DNA of 63,971 nt, filler included, from Olpidium bornovanus S191 (GCA_017911155.1; 25 parts of 25 records of this genome joined end to end with filler, not necessarily neighbours in it), one strand, 5' to 3'; counted from the whole stretch's first letter, positions 22,078 to 34,575 are shown. Translations and numbers: made by a program. The notes: a model not told the origin generated them from the sequence alone.

Positions 22078-25000
22078 CATGTTGAGCCTGTCAAAGTCCA
22101 CGATCCGCCTCCGCTGCCTGGTATCCTGCCGGGCGACAACGTCCGTGATCTCCACAAGCCTTTCAAATTTTGCCGGCGGTGCCGCCTCGCCGTCCTCGCC
22201 GGCCGAGCCTTGTCCGGCGGCTTCGCCGGTTTCGGCGCCGTCGTCCGGGCGCGGTCGCTTCCTTGATTCCGCGTGCGCTGTTGCCTCTGCCGGCGAGGTC
22301 GCAGGACGGAGAAGATAAAGGTCCCGCATCGTCGTGAGCAACACAAGAGGCAGCGTCGATCGCCGGCTGACCGGCGGCGCCTTCGCGTCTGCAGTGTCCT
22401 CGCCGTCGTCGATCTCGACACTCTCCTCAGGGAGGAGGGCCTTTGCGCAGAAATCCAGCGCATGCCGTCGCGGGACCCCGTCCCCGAATTTGTCTTGGAG
22501 ATGCCTTGGGTCCGCCGCCTCCCCGGCAAGAGTGACCTCGGAGGCGGGGCTGACGCGGCGGGACGGCTCTTCGGAACCTCTGGGGAAGCTCTTGCCCTCC
22601 CGCTCTTCCGAACCCGGCGACGACCCTCGGTCCTCTAGATTCCACGAGACGCCCACGGAGTTACGGGAGCGGCGCTGGTCAAAATTCCGCGGCGGACAGG
22701 GTCTGTCCTCCTGGTCCTCCTGTGCGCTCGCGTACTCTTCGTCGGCTTCCGACGGTCCCGTCGAGGGCTCCGCGTCGAAGTGTGGGAACACGTCGCTGTC
22801 GTCCGAATTCTCTTCATACACGTCGCCGCCGAATTCTAGATCAGTCAGGCCCGACTGATCGGCGGCGCCTTCGCCCTCGTCGAACGCCCAATTCATGCCG
22901 AACGGGAAATCATCGAAGGAGAACGTAAGGCCCTGCGGCAGTCCCCAGCCTTCGCTGGCTGTCGCCGTGCCCTGGGAATCATGCGAAGTGGGCACTGAAG
23001 ATCCGTCCTCGTCTGCGGAGCCGCCGCCAGCCGCCTCCGTTAACGTAATACTACCTTGCTCGAGGGTCGCGGGTGGCGTACCCAAATTGTTGCCGGAGAG
23101 CGGATCCCCTGTCCCTGTTCCACTACTTGCCAGATCCCCTCCACCAATCGTTGGCGGACGATCGCCATCGTGCGATGTCGGCGACTCGGGCGGATCTGGC
23201 ACAACGGGACCAGTGCTGTCATCCGAGTATTCTGATAACGTGTAGTCGACGTCCTCTTCCAGTTCCGACTCCTCTGAATACATGCTGCCTTCATCAACGT
23301 TATCAAAGCTGAACCCAGTGCCCGGCGGAAGTGGGAGCTCTCCAAAAGGAAACGTTCGCACCGGTCCCTGCATTTCCCATCCTTGTCTAGCTTCGGAAAC
23401 ACGGGGGTTTTCCTGGGCACCGTCCGGCGATGACGTCTCGTCGGCGGAAACGCCGCCAGTTGCCTCCATTGGCGTGACACCACCTTGCACCAGGGCCGCA
23501 GGTGGCGTACCCAAATCGACACCGAGCAATGGATCCCCCAACCCTGTTCTCCCATTAGCTGGATCACCTCCATCAGTCATCGGTGGACAATTCCCACGTG
23601 ATACTGGCGATTCGGACGGATCCGGCACAACGGGGCCAGTGCTGTCGTCCGAGCATTCCGAGAACACGTCGTCGACATCTTGCTGCAGGTCTGAATCGTC
23701 CGAACAGTCGTCTTCATCAACATTATCGAAGCCGAAAATGGGCCCCACAGGAAGTGGCAGCTCTTCAAATGTGAAGGTTTGCGCTGGCCCCTGTGTTTCC
23801 CATCCTTGTCCAGCTTCGGAAACGGGGGGATGTCCCTGATCACCGTCTGTCGCCGACCCTTCGCACCCAGCGTCGACGCCGCTTGAACCGAATGCAGCAC
23901 CATCTTCCCCTCCCGCCGGACTGTCGTTTTCTTCTGCCGGATCGTCGTTTCCCCTTTCCCGACCGTCGTTTCCCGCCACCTCGTCCGCGGCAGTCCCGCC
24001 CTGCACTTCCGCGCTCGCGGACGCTACCGACGGCCCGGCCGAGGTTGCTGACAACGGATCCGACGGTTCGGGCGCGACGGGCACAGGACTGTCGGACGAC
24101 TCGTCCGAAGAAAAGTGGTCTGGGTCGTCCTCTGGCCCTCCAGCATCCGAGTCGTACCCCTCTTCACCACCAGAAAAACCGATCCCGAATGGGAGCAGGG
24201 GAGAATCTTCCACGGAAAACACCTGCACTGGCCGTGGCGGTGTGTCCACACGTTCGCCGGTTGACGCAGAGTCAAGTTGATTGAACGCTTCGGCTTCTTC
24301 GCCTTGTCCGCCTGGACCACCATATACCACCGGCGGGCTTTCCGGATCGTGCTCGGCGACAGATGCAGGTTCAGCCAATACCACCACGGATAAATTCTCC
24401 GTGGCCTGCAGGTCGGTTCCGTGGCCCAATGAGGGAATTACTGCGTTGTTGGCAAGCAATGTCGGCTCCGGCAACACCCATTGACTTGACGACTGCTGCT
24501 CATTCGTCATCTCCACATCCGCCTGGCCTGCCTGCTCCAAGTTGTTTGCGTTGTTGATAGCAACAGTCACAGACACCTGGCCGCCGTCGCCGTGCTGGGA
24601 AGAAATGTCAGACGCGGGAGGGGTGAATTCGTTCAGTGAAATGTCGTTGTTGCTATCGTCCCCGTTGTCTTCTGCCGCACTTTCCGTCTCGGTATCCGTT
24701 TCAGTGGCCTCTTCGGAGACATCGACGGCCGTACTTGGGTGGAACAGCTGCAGGAACGAGCCTACGCGGTACAACCGGTTCCTGAGCTTCTTCGGACGTG
24801 TTTGGAAAGCCGGATAGCCCTTTCGCAGCGGAATGCGAGAAACGTCCAAGAACGGAAGGTGCTTGAAGGCAGAGGGCGATACGAAATGAACCGACCAGCC
24901 TCTGTTTTAAATCGCCCGCGTCAGCACTTGCGGTAAGAAGAAAATCCGGACGGCGATTTGCCGCGGCGCGCGCCCGCATCATTCCATCACGGCGCCCACC

Positions 25001-25217
25001 CTGCATTGAAGGTGTCTTTCCAAACAACTTGACCCGTATCCAGCTTCCAGATGCGACATGTCCCATCGATGGAGCAAGACGCCAGATACCATCCGCACGG
25101 CGAAAAGTCGATATCTGGAATGTTATGGTCATGTCTGAGAACGGAAGGCATTTTCTCGTCATGCTTCCTGGCTAGCGTTTTCCTCCCTTTACTCAGAACA
25201 CAGATCACGTGCCTCAC
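22078..25217 (-). CDS. CRT10-like WD40 protein with a very large acidic insertion (3' partial; 5' end uncertain)
   Basis: LRHDHNIPDIDFSPCGWYLASCSIDGTCRIW (WD40), then ~900 aa of D/E/S/G/P-rich sequence, then LVLLTTMRDLYLL and RIVDFDRLNM. The HNIP and DRLNM motifs recall the fungal CRT10 family. Confidence 0.65.
22880..23847 (-). repeat. In-frame internal tandem duplication (423 bp / 141 aa period), two full copies plus a partial third
   Basis: CATCCTTGTC(C/T)AGCTTCGGAAAC at 23801 and 23378. Both protein copies carry VSEAxQGWExQGPxxTFxFxELPLP..FDNVDE..SDDSTGPVVPDPxESP..GDPL.G.xLGTPPA. Confidence 0.93.
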
Positions 25218-26896
25218 CCAAAAAGGACGCGCTTCTTTGCATTGAGGGGAGATTTCGCGTTTGGAGATGAGCAGAACGGGTCGTCGCCTGAGGCGTGCTG
25301 CGAGAACTGCAGGTTGAACACAGTAATCCTGTGACTGTTTGCCGAAACGCCTAGGAGACGCGTCGCGTCATGGGTGCATATTCCCCACGTTGAGCTCGCG
25401 TTACTTCGCAGGGTTTGAACGACGGCGATAAAGGAACCGGATCAGGGGGCGAGCGGGGGGGGGGGGGGGGGGGGGGGGGGAACCCGTGGGAAAACAGATC
25501 CCCCCCACCCCTTTTTAGGGCCGCGTTGCGTCCCGCGCCCGCCACGGAGGANNNNNNNNNNNNNNNNNNNNNNNNNNNNNNNNNNNNNNNNNNNNTTAAT
25601 TAATTAANNNNNNNNNNNNNNNNNNNNNNNNNNNNNNNNNNNNNNNNNNNNATATGTAGCAATATCCGATTCCTCGAAAGCAATGAAAAATGAATGGCAA
25701 TCTCTGTCGCCGCTCGTCGCCGTCGCTGCCCTGGCGTTGAGCTGAGCTCTCCAAACCGTGGTGATTTCATGGATCGACGCCGCTCTCCCGTTCACGTTGT
25801 CGGATAGGGATTACCACGACCCTACCACACGCGGTCCATCGACTATCAGGTTTGGCCTCAGCCTTGAAACGCGTGCTCGCTTTTCTTCTTGGGAGACCCG
25901 GGCAGAGCGCGGATCCAACGCGCGCGGGAGCCCGTCTCGGCGGAACCGACAGGTGCTGGCTGCCGCGCAAATTTGGCGAGAAGCATTCGAGGGCGCGTGT
26001 TGGGTCTCAGAGGCCTGCGCTTCTCTTGCTTCAACGGCAAGCGACCCTGCCCAGCGAAGCTTTTGTGTTTGAGGCCGCCGCCGCCCGTTTCTGCCCCGCC
26101 GCTTGATCCCCTCTCAGCATCCCGCGCCCAACCCCCGGCCCGCGTCGGCCGCGCCGGTCTCCCGCCGTCGGTCGCCCGTCAACGGGGGCCCGTTGCGCGT
26201 CCCGAGTGGAAGAACTCGCCGGCTGTCGCGGAACAGGGCGCGGGGACGCGAAAACGGAGCGTGGGCGCACATCCTCGTGTGGCGGGGAACACGCGTTCCC
26301 TACCTCTCTCCACACATCTTCCCCCTCCCCCCCCCCACTCCCTCTCACATCCCGCATCCCGCACCCCCGCCCTCCGTCCGAACCAAACCGTTTCCCCATT
26401 CGCCACATTTCGTCGATCCGGGGAAGATTCCCGTGGCCAGCGGTGATGACAATGACAGATGGTGAACGCAGGCACCCTCCTCCCCGTCGCCTTCCACACT
26501 TCCCGCCGACCTTTTCCTCTTGGAGAGAGAAAAAGCAGACGCTTCGACCCGGGAGTCCACTCCGCGCGGCGTTTTTTTCGCTGATCCCGCTCGCGCGGAA
26601 TTTCAAACGCCCCCCGGCTTTTCAAATCTAAGAAATTGCGGAATTCGACGACCAGCTGTGCAACCTGATTACGACCATGCAAACCTGCCTCAAGGACGAG
26701 GTGTCCAGGCTTACAGGTGCAGCGCGGTTGGAGGTGAGGGGATGCAGCGAGAGTGAGAGGGACAGACGGGAGTGCAAGTGGAAAGATCGCACCCGCNNNN
26801 NNNNNNNNNNNNNNNNNNNNNNNNNNNNNNNNNNNNNNNNTTAATTAATTAANNNNNNNNNNNNNNNNNNNNNNNNNNNNNNNNNNNNNNNNNNNN

Positions 26897-27802
26897 ATCG
26901 TTTTGCAGTGGACTCGGCATCATCTGATTTTTTTGCTGGGATTAAGAACAGATATTTCCGTAAACAATCAATGACCAATAAGATCTTGTCGTAACCATCG
27001 ACAGGGTGCGGTACATCAAAAAAATCCATGGCCATGTCGGTAAATTGGTGCGCCGGAATGTTGAGCGATGAAAGATAACCCAAACCGTAGGAACATTCTT
27101 TTCGTTGACAAATATCGCATGTTTTAAGCAGTTACGCACGTCAGTGCCCATGCTGGGCCAGTAGAAACGACGCTGTAAGGCGTCAATGGTTTTCTTGTTT
27201 CCTGAATGTAAGGTCTCACGATCGTGAACAGTGTAAAGGATCTTTTTGCCGTAAGCGCGAGGAATGTAAACACGATTGCCGTAATAAGCAATACCGTCGA
27301 GCAGCGTCCAAGTCGGTGTGCGAGTTTCGTGAGAAGCATCGGAAAAAGACGTAAGAATGAGTTGTTGGATTTGCTTAGCTTCGTCGGCCGTCAGCGCCGC
27401 GCAAATTTTGGATTCAAGTACTGAGTCTATTGAAATAACAGTTGCAGCTAGTTGAAGAGCCCCGGGATTATTGACTTCCGTGGCGGAGTGTTCGTTGAAA
27501 ATTCTGGGCACGTTTGGCGTGGTATCATCTGTGACATCCGTCGCGATGTCGACGGTATCCGGTTCTATGACGTCGACGGTATCCTGATCCCTCCCCAATT
27601 TTCGAACGATGCGGCTGTGGCAGCGGGGGCCATTCGGAAAATAATCGGGACGACGTGATAAAGCGTCAGCGACGTAGTTGAAGCGGCCGGGTTGATACTC
27701 AATACGCATCTGAAACGCTTGAAACTTTTCGACCCAAGCTGCCTGGCGACGGGACAGATGCGGTTGGTGATTCAGCCATTTCAGCGCTTCGTGATCCGTT
27801 GT
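26897..27802 (-). mobile_element. Degenerate Ty3/gypsy pol fragment (RNase H end + integrase zinc finger and core start), frameshifted
   Basis: TDHEALKWL..SRRQAAWVEKFQ, IEYQPGRFNYVADALSRRPD, ETLHSG..TIDALQRRFYWPSM, frameshift, FTDMAMDFFD..GYDKILLVIDCLRKY. Lower GC than the host genes. Confidence 0.95.
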
Positions 27803-28381
27803 CGGCGGTAAAGCCGACGCCGCAACGGATCGAGTTCGAGCGGCAGAGAAGGCAGGGTCGGCTTCGGGCCCGCAGGGGGCTCTGGGCGATCCGAGCGGTA
27901 AACGGGCCTGCGTGCCGCACTCCGACCGACGTCAATAGCTTTACGGCGCGGTCTCGAACTCCTCCGCAGCCGGCGCTGCGCGCGAGAGGACGAGAGGGGA
28001 AGGGAAAACAGAGAACAGCCGACGCTGCTCGACCTGTAGCGGCGGCCGACGCCCCCGCTCGAACGGGACCAAAGGGGGGGGGGGAAATACGGCGCTCGAA
28101 CAAGCCCGACGGCTTTGTTTATTTCGAAGCGGCTATGGTAGGGTTTGTTTCTTTTTGGGTAGTTTGCGTTGCGTTCGACATCGAGGTTTTTTTGCGTTCG
28201 GCAGAAAAAAAGGGGTGACAAAACCAAAACACTTCGAGCAAGTGGACGGCGTCGCTGCACGTGACCCCGGTAAGCAAAAGNNNNNNNNNNNNNNNNNNNN
28301 NNNNNNNNNNNNNNNNNNNNNNNNTTAATTAATTAANNNNNNNNNNNNNNNNNNNNNNNNNNNNNNNNNNNNNNNNNNNNC

Positions 28382-28696
28382 ATGCACCAACGCCGCCTCC
28401 AGGCAAAACCGTCTTTCCACCTCCACAAGTTTGGCACAGTCAGGGGCGGCGCCAAGCCGACCAGCGCGGAGCCGAAGCCGGCCGCGCCGTCTGCGCCGGC
28501 GGCGCCGCAGCACGTGCTGGTCAGGGAAGCCAGCGTCCGGACGTACAGGACCGCCTCGGTGGCAGACGCCCCGGAGGGGCTGTTGCCGGATACCGACTTC
28601 CCGGAATTTTTTACCCCTTCGCCTGCGCCGCCGTCGCATCTGCACACGCGTGGCAGCCCTCGCTCCCGCCACCCGTCACGGCTAGATTTGGAGTAG
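28382..28696 (+). CDS. Probable 3' end of a hypothetical protein
   Basis: Open from the contig start with GC3-rich codons; no recognisable motif. Confidence 0.35.
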   Translation: MHQRRLQAKPSFHLHKFGTVRGGAKPTSAEPKPAAPSAPAAPQHVLVREASVRTYRTASVADAPEGLLPDTDFPEFFTPSPAPPSHLHTRGSPRSRHPSRLDLE

Positions 28697-30137
28697 ACTG
28701 CCCGTAGTTTATTTTTTCCGGGATCGGCCGCCGCCAGGTTTTTTTTTTTTTCGCTCCACGCAAAAACGATTCAGGGGGGTTTTCTTTTTCTTTTTTCCGT
28801 TTGCCGTATCGCTGTTGGAGACTTTCGTACACACTCTCGCCTTAGTCACTCTCTGGGCCACTATTGGAGTCTAGTAATTCCCGTGCGCACCCCATACAAA
28901 CCGGGCTTGCCACGCACGCCTCGGACTAGCCTTCCTTAGATTCGCTCTCCGATCCCTCTCCCCAAAAAAATAACATTCTGGTGATGCCTAAGGCGTTGGC
29001 GAAAACAATAAGGAAAGCGGTGGAGGAGGGCCACTCCTGCGTAGCTCCGACTTTCAGGCGGTCGGGCTTCTCGCTCTCCGCCGTCTATGTCGATTTCTGT
29101 TCCGCTTGGTCTGACTTGGAGCGAGACCTGGCCGGCGATGGTGGATCAGGCCTGCACTACGTATCGTTTCCCAAGAAAAAAAAAAACAAACCAGGACGGC
29201 GGTGTGGATTCGCCAAATGGTTGTTATTACGCCAAGTAAGAAGGGACAGCAAAACTTGCGGGAGGAACCCACCCTCTCTCTCCACCCCTCCCACCCCCCC
29301 CCAGGCACCTGAATGCAGTGCGCCCGTTGAGCAACAGATTTCTCCAGGTGCCACGCTTGGGGAGGCCTGGCTTTAGCAGCGTTCGGAAAGTGCTAAAGGC
29401 CTTTTGCAAAAGCCGCGCGACCGCACTTCCCCCCGGCAACGCGCCGCCTGGAGTACAGAAGAACTCTCCCGAGAGTTTCTACCGTGCGCCATTTGGGCAA
29501 CCGGCGCCCGCCCGCTGCGTTTTGCAGCCGCCGTCCGAGGAAGTGTCCCGAAGCGCGCGTGCGCGCAGCACCCCGTTGGCGCACTTTTTTCCCCCAGAAA
29601 ACGACCCCCCATAACCGCGAAGCGTGCGCCGCCGCCCGCTTCTTTCCCCTCCGGCGAAACGCCGAGAAGGGCGCGCGTCAGCGTTTCGGCCTTTTTTTTT
29701 TTTTTTTTTCGTCATTTAGGGTGTGGTGCCCGAATTTGCGGAGTAGGGTGCCCCGCGACGGTTGACGGGGGCCGCGTTGCTTCCCGGGTGGTCGTGACTG
29801 ACTCGGGATTTTCGCGGGATATTTGGGGGGGACGAGGGAGGCGCGTAGCCTCCGGGTGGAGTCCCCTGTACTTCAACGGGGGGGGCCGTCCCGTTCGGGG
29901 GGGGGTTTTGATTGACGCGCGCTTTGCACGTGACGGGAGGTCGAGGACGTGACGCACACCCCCGAGGCCTCCCCCCCCCAGAGAGGCTCTTTGCAACCCC
30001 CGCACGTCCGCGCCGCAGGCCCGCCGGGGAAGAAGGAACGGGGGGAGGGCGACGACGAGCGCTTGGTGTGACCAGAAGAGGGAAAGAGGGGTGGGGGGGG
30101 GGAGGGAAACAAGGGGAGGGGCCGGTTGCGCCTTTTC

Positions 30138-30188
30138 GCAGCCCGAAAGCACACGCAGCCCGAAAGCACACGCAGCCCGAAAGCACAC
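30138..30188. repeat. Perfect 17-bp tandem repeat GCAGCCCGAAAGCACAC x3
   Basis: Read directly. Confidence 0.95.
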
Positions 30189-30430
30189 ACCGCCCCCCAC
30201 CGGGCCGACGCCCCGCGCGCCAGACGCTCCGCCGGGCCACAGTGGCCTCAGAGACCCCCGCCCGCCAGTCCATTCAGCACTCGTTACATATGAAATTGCG
30301 TCGTTGCGGCACAAACGAGCATAACGTGAAGGCGACGAACGGGAGGGCACCGCAACACAGGTGCTGAAATTGGTAGTACAGCGGACCCTTCCCCGCCACC
30401 CCGCTTCCGGATACTCCGGCTTCCCAGATT

Positions 30431-30558
30431 TCAGCTTTTCTTCGTCGCGTGCTTCGATCCGACCGCAATCAGCATGTCGACCACCTTTTTGAATTCGCGC
30501 TTGTGCTCCGAGTTCGCCGAGACCGCCGACTCGCCCTGGACGCAACCCTCCGAACCGC
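30431..30558 (-). CDS. Probable terminal exon of an unidentified gene
   Basis: Poly-T tract + CAG acceptor, then GSEGCVQGESAVSANSEHKREFKKVVDMLIAVGSKHATKKS*. Confidence 0.4.
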
Positions 30559-30708
30559 CTGTGACAAAAAAAAAAAATGCGACCTGTTTCAGACGTCTCG
30601 AAAACCCGNNNNNNNNNNNNNNNNNNNNNNNNNNNNNNNNNNNNNNNNNNNNTTAATTAATTAANNNNNNNNNNNNNNNNNNNNNNNNNNNNNNNNNNNN
30701 NNNNNNNN

Positions 30709-31987
30709 GCTATTGCCTTTTCCAAAATATGTTCACCGATCCCAAGCTCCAGGCCTTCGTGAGTGGGACCGAGTCGGTTGATACACAGGTATACGGACGT
30801 AAGAAGGTCATTAGGGCTCCGCTCCATGACTTTCTTGAAGAACTCTATCATGTACGCCAGGATCTGTAACCTCTTCGTCGTCAATTCTATCTTCGCAAAT
30901 GTATCGCATAACGCCGAATACGGAACTCTGTTTCATGAGGCATTTGTAGGTTAGATCGGCTACCGTCGCTGATATCTAAACTCCATTACACACGACGTAC
31001 GGATCGCCCGCATTCCATGTAGCTGCACCAGAAACTGGAGGTTCTGGCTGCCTTGCACTGCGTGTTTGACGAAATTCAATGTGCTCTCCTTAATAAACAG
31101 CACCACGTGAACAGCCACCGACGCCCGCTCGTCCGCATTACTCTATTGGTCTGTGCTCTGGACTCCCGGAAACGTTCGGTGCCGCTCCTTCGTCGAGCTT
31201 CGGCGATTTGCTAGCCTGCGGATCTGCACTTCGTTCGCAGTCGGCGAGTACATTCCTCCTTGGCCGCTTTTCTTTTTGGGTTTTCGGCGCGGCTGGATTC
31301 TACCGGATCAGATCGCGTTGTCCGGACCAGCTTGGCGGGACGGGCGTTCACGTACCCTCCAAGGTGTCCGAGCGCGTTGTGCCCTCCTGCGCACGTTCAG
31401 CGCATATTCCGTCGCCTGTGGCCTTCGCCAGCGTAGTGGCAGCCGACGTGTGAGGCCTGAAGAAGGTTTCGATGCCCGGCTGCCGCTTCCCGCTGAAGGA
31501 GATCGGACGGCGGAATGTGGGACGAACGATCAAGATTGGTGCACCCAGAAGCTGGACAAGAAGATCGACTTTTTTCTCTCTAAGCAGCAGCGACGTTAAA
31601 ATCTCGCGCCGGAAACAGCGCGGGACAATCCGGGAGTGACGCCGCATGGGCCGGGCTCGACGCACGACCGCGCGCACCCCGTTTGCGGTCGTCGTAGTTG
31701 CTTGCAGGTTTCTGATCGGCAAGAACAACCCCGTTGGCGGGAAGTTCATAAGAGGCGTTCCCGACTTCCCAAAAGCCGTGCTGCTCGGTTGCGGCTCGCA
31801 CGGCTCACTCCGGGGGAAACTCCGGTCCTTCGCTCGCTTCCCGCAGCGCACCGGTCTTTCGGGCGGGCGTGATTTATCGAAAAACAACCCAACCACGGTG
31901 CAATCGGGAGGACGGCAAACCGGAACAGAAGGGAGGTACGTACGACGGCTTCTCGGAGGTCTTCCCGCTGGCCGCTTTCCTCTTCAT
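30709..31987 (-). CDS. CDC9: DNA ligase I, N-terminal part (PIP box and start of DNA-binding domain), 3' partial
   Basis: Exon 1 MKRKAASGKTSEKPS splices in phase to GKRQPGIETFF (PIP-like). Later exons read AATWNAGDP / VPYSALCDTFAKIELTTKRLQI..SPNDLLTSVYLCINRLGPTHEGLELGIGEHILEKAI. Confidence 0.93.
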
Positions 31988-32433
31988 CGTTGCCTGCGGC
32001 GCACGAGAGGGCGACAGGCAACGGCGTGTGCCTGGCTACGCGGTCGCGGCGTGTCTCGCCCGGTCGTGTTTGGTATGTCGAGCCCGCAGTCCGTGCCGCG
32101 TGGAGGCGAGCTGCAGCCCAGGCCAACGGGACGCCTAGTTGCCAGGGGCTTTGGGGCCTTTTAGGGCGAGGGAGGAACGCGGGGTGGTGAGTCGGTTCCC
32201 TGCCTTCTTTTTTCCGGTTTTTCTTTTATTTTTTGAAANNNNNNNNNNNNNNNNNNNNNNNNNNNNNNNNNNNNNNNNNNNNTTAATTAATTAANNNNNN
32301 NNNNNNNNNNNNNNNNNNNNNNNNNNNNNNNNNNNNNNAAAAAAAAAAAAAAAAAAAAAAAAAAAAACACACAAACGCGTGGCCGCGCACGCGCACGCGC
32401 CCGGCAACGCGCGCGGGCGCGACACATGAAACA

Positions 32434-33636
32434 ATGGAGAGGTCGCGGCGCGCCGCCGAGCCCGCCGCCGGCTGCGGCGAACGCAGCTTCAACGTTTCGC
32501 GCCCCTCGGCGACGGCGTCGTCGTCGGCGACGTCGTCGTCTTCCTCCGCCTCCTCCTCCGCCTGGAGCCGCCGCTTCCCGCTCCGCCCGCTCGTCGACGA
32601 GGCCGACATCTCGGTGCTGTGGGACGAGTCGGAGCTCTTGACCGTGCCGCGCAGCGCCGTGACGTCGGAGACGACCGGCGTCAGGAGGGAGCGGAGGGGG
32701 CCCGCGGCGGGGGACGAGAGCTCTTCAAGCGCCGTCTCGCCGGCGCCGGCGCGGTCCGGCCGCCTCCCTCTCATCGCCTTCGCCGGCAGCGGCCCGGACG
32801 TCGTCCGGGACGCCGCGGCGGCCGGGCTGCTCAAAGGGACCAGGCCCCGCGGCTGCTGCTGCTGCTGCGGCGGCGGACCGCCGCCCCGCCAGGAGTTGCT
32901 GTTGTCCAGGCAGCACTGCGCCCACCCGAGTTGTCCCGCGACTCTTGGCGGGCCGCGCTCCGTTCGAGCTTTCGCCCTGTCCGCGTCCCCGGGAGAGGAG
33001 GTCGTCGGGAGCTCCGGCTCCGGCTCCGGCTCCAGCTCCGGCGGCGGCGGCGGGGGCGGGCCGCGTCCCGGGAGCGTTGCCGGTTCAGCTGGACGCTACC
33101 GGCTTCCGGCGCTACCTAGTCCTCTTGCGGACAAGCGTCCTCCTCACCGCGTCTACCGCCAGCTGGACGACGAGTTCGACCCGCCGCCGTCGTCGCCGCG
33201 CCGCTCCCTGCTGCGCCTCGCCGGCGAGACGCGAAGGCCTGTTTCCGGCGCCGCCTCGCGAAGGAGACCGCCGGCCCCCATTGACCTGGCGCCAGACCCA
33301 CCTTCGCGGGTTGTCACCAATGCGCCACCGTCGCCGCACTCGCCGACGCGCCCCCCGCCGTCCCCGCTCTCGCCGACGCACCGCTTGCCGTCGCCGCTCT
33401 CGCCAACGCCGCACAACCGTCAAATCCGCCTCCACGCCGCTCATCCTCACCAGCACCCCCATCCCCACGCACGACAACAGCCCCACCAGTTGCCGTACGG
33501 CGGCGCGCTTCCACAAAAATCCCCAATGGCAAGTGAGTCTTCGTTTAGCGTCGTGAACGATTCTGATGAGTTTCACGCCGTTGGTCCCGCGTTATGCACA
33601 TTAGATTTATCCTTCGGTCGATGCGTCGTACTCTGA
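32434..33636 (+). CDS. Hypothetical low-complexity S/P/G-rich protein (probably continues after a GTGAGT donor near 33533)
   Basis: 400-aa ORF with GC3-biased codons; no domain recognised. Confidence 0.45.
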   Translation: MERSRRAAEPAAGCGERSFNVSRPSATASSSATSSSSSASSSAWSRRFPLRPLVDEADISVLWDESELLTVPRSAVTSETTGVRRERRGPAAGDESSSSAVSPAPARSGRLPLIAFAGSGPDVVRDAAAAGLLKGTRPRGCCCCCGGGPPPRQELLLSRQHCAHPSCPATLGGPRSVRAFALSASPGEEVVGSSGSGSGSSSGGGGGGGPRPGSVAGSAGRYRLPALPSPLADKRPPHRVYRQLDDEFDPPPSSPRRSLLRLAGETRRPVSGAASRRRPPAPIDLAPDPPSRVVTNAPPSPHSPTRPPPSPLSPTHRLPSPLSPTPHNRQIRLHAAHPHQHPHPHARQQPHQLPYGGALPQKSPMASESSFSVVNDSDEFHAVGPALCTLDLSFGRCVVL

Positions 33637-34575
33637 TTTCTTCATTATATTATTATTATTATTTTCTTTCATGGCGTGTTTAGGCCCCCCCCCCCCGCCG
33701 TTACCCTCTTTCTCCAAAAATGATACCTCCCCGCCAGCTGGCGGTTTTTGCTGCTGATGGTGCCTATTCAGCAAGGAACATTTTTTGTTGGCAGTTTTGC
33801 TACACTGCACGTCGGAAAAGGAGCCGCCTCAATGTGCGGCGCACAGGGGGTGTTGCTAGATATTGGAATCCTGCAAACCTATGCTGAGGGGACGGTCTCT
33901 GGCCGAGCAACCTGGCCAAAAGGCTGGCACATCAGTTATTCTGGATCCTTAGGTGCCTGATGAAGGACAATAGCCAACGGCTTCCAGTCCAACAGCAAAC
34001 AAGCGATTTCCGTTCTCAATAACCGCATTGTCCGTTCCCTTTCCGTTCCCCCCTCCACCAACCCCCCCCCCCCCCCCCCCCCCCCCGATGTTCGCGGTTG
34101 CGTTCGGACGCTTTCTAGTTCTGTCTTCCAAGTCGTCATCGCCGTCGCCCGAATAATCAACCCACATAACTAGGTATCGCAACTACCAAAGTGAGACCGA
34201 TTCGTGGCTGGTTCCCAGTTCAATCCCCCACATCCCACCCTTGAGTTGCGAAATCAAAGTAGTCGATGTACGCGCGCTATCGGGGCGATCGAGCGCGACG
34301 GGTAATACGATGCGATGCGTCTCGTCCGCTTCACGACGTCTTGCGCGCCACCGCGGTTGCAGACGCTTGCGCTTTTTGGAGGAAGACGGAAAAAGTTGAG
34401 CGGATGAATAAACTGCCGCAATCGCGGGAAAACTCAAGCCGGAGCTACCACTCACAAGTGGGAAATATCAGCATGNNNNNNNNNNNNNNNNNNNNNNNNN
34501 NNNNNNNNNNNNNNNNNNNTTAATTAATTAANNNNNNNNNNNNNNNNNNNNNNNNNNNNNNNNNNNNNNNNNNNN

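Noticed and set aside
25652-26796. Gene call for contig 11
   Set aside because: Only a possible short exon (EIAEFDDQLCNLITTMQTCLKDEVSRL, ~26631-26733); no consistent model or motif.
29085-29140. Minus-strand VRPSGTE as the phosphoglucomutase/PGM3 C-terminal motif
   Set aside because: Flanking residues do not continue the family pattern and an in-frame stop lies just upstream.
34100-34182. RYLVMWVDYSGDGD as a chromodomain (YLVKWxGY)
   Set aside because: Only a partial motif; the downstream TWEP-type residues are missing and there is no adjacent integrase.
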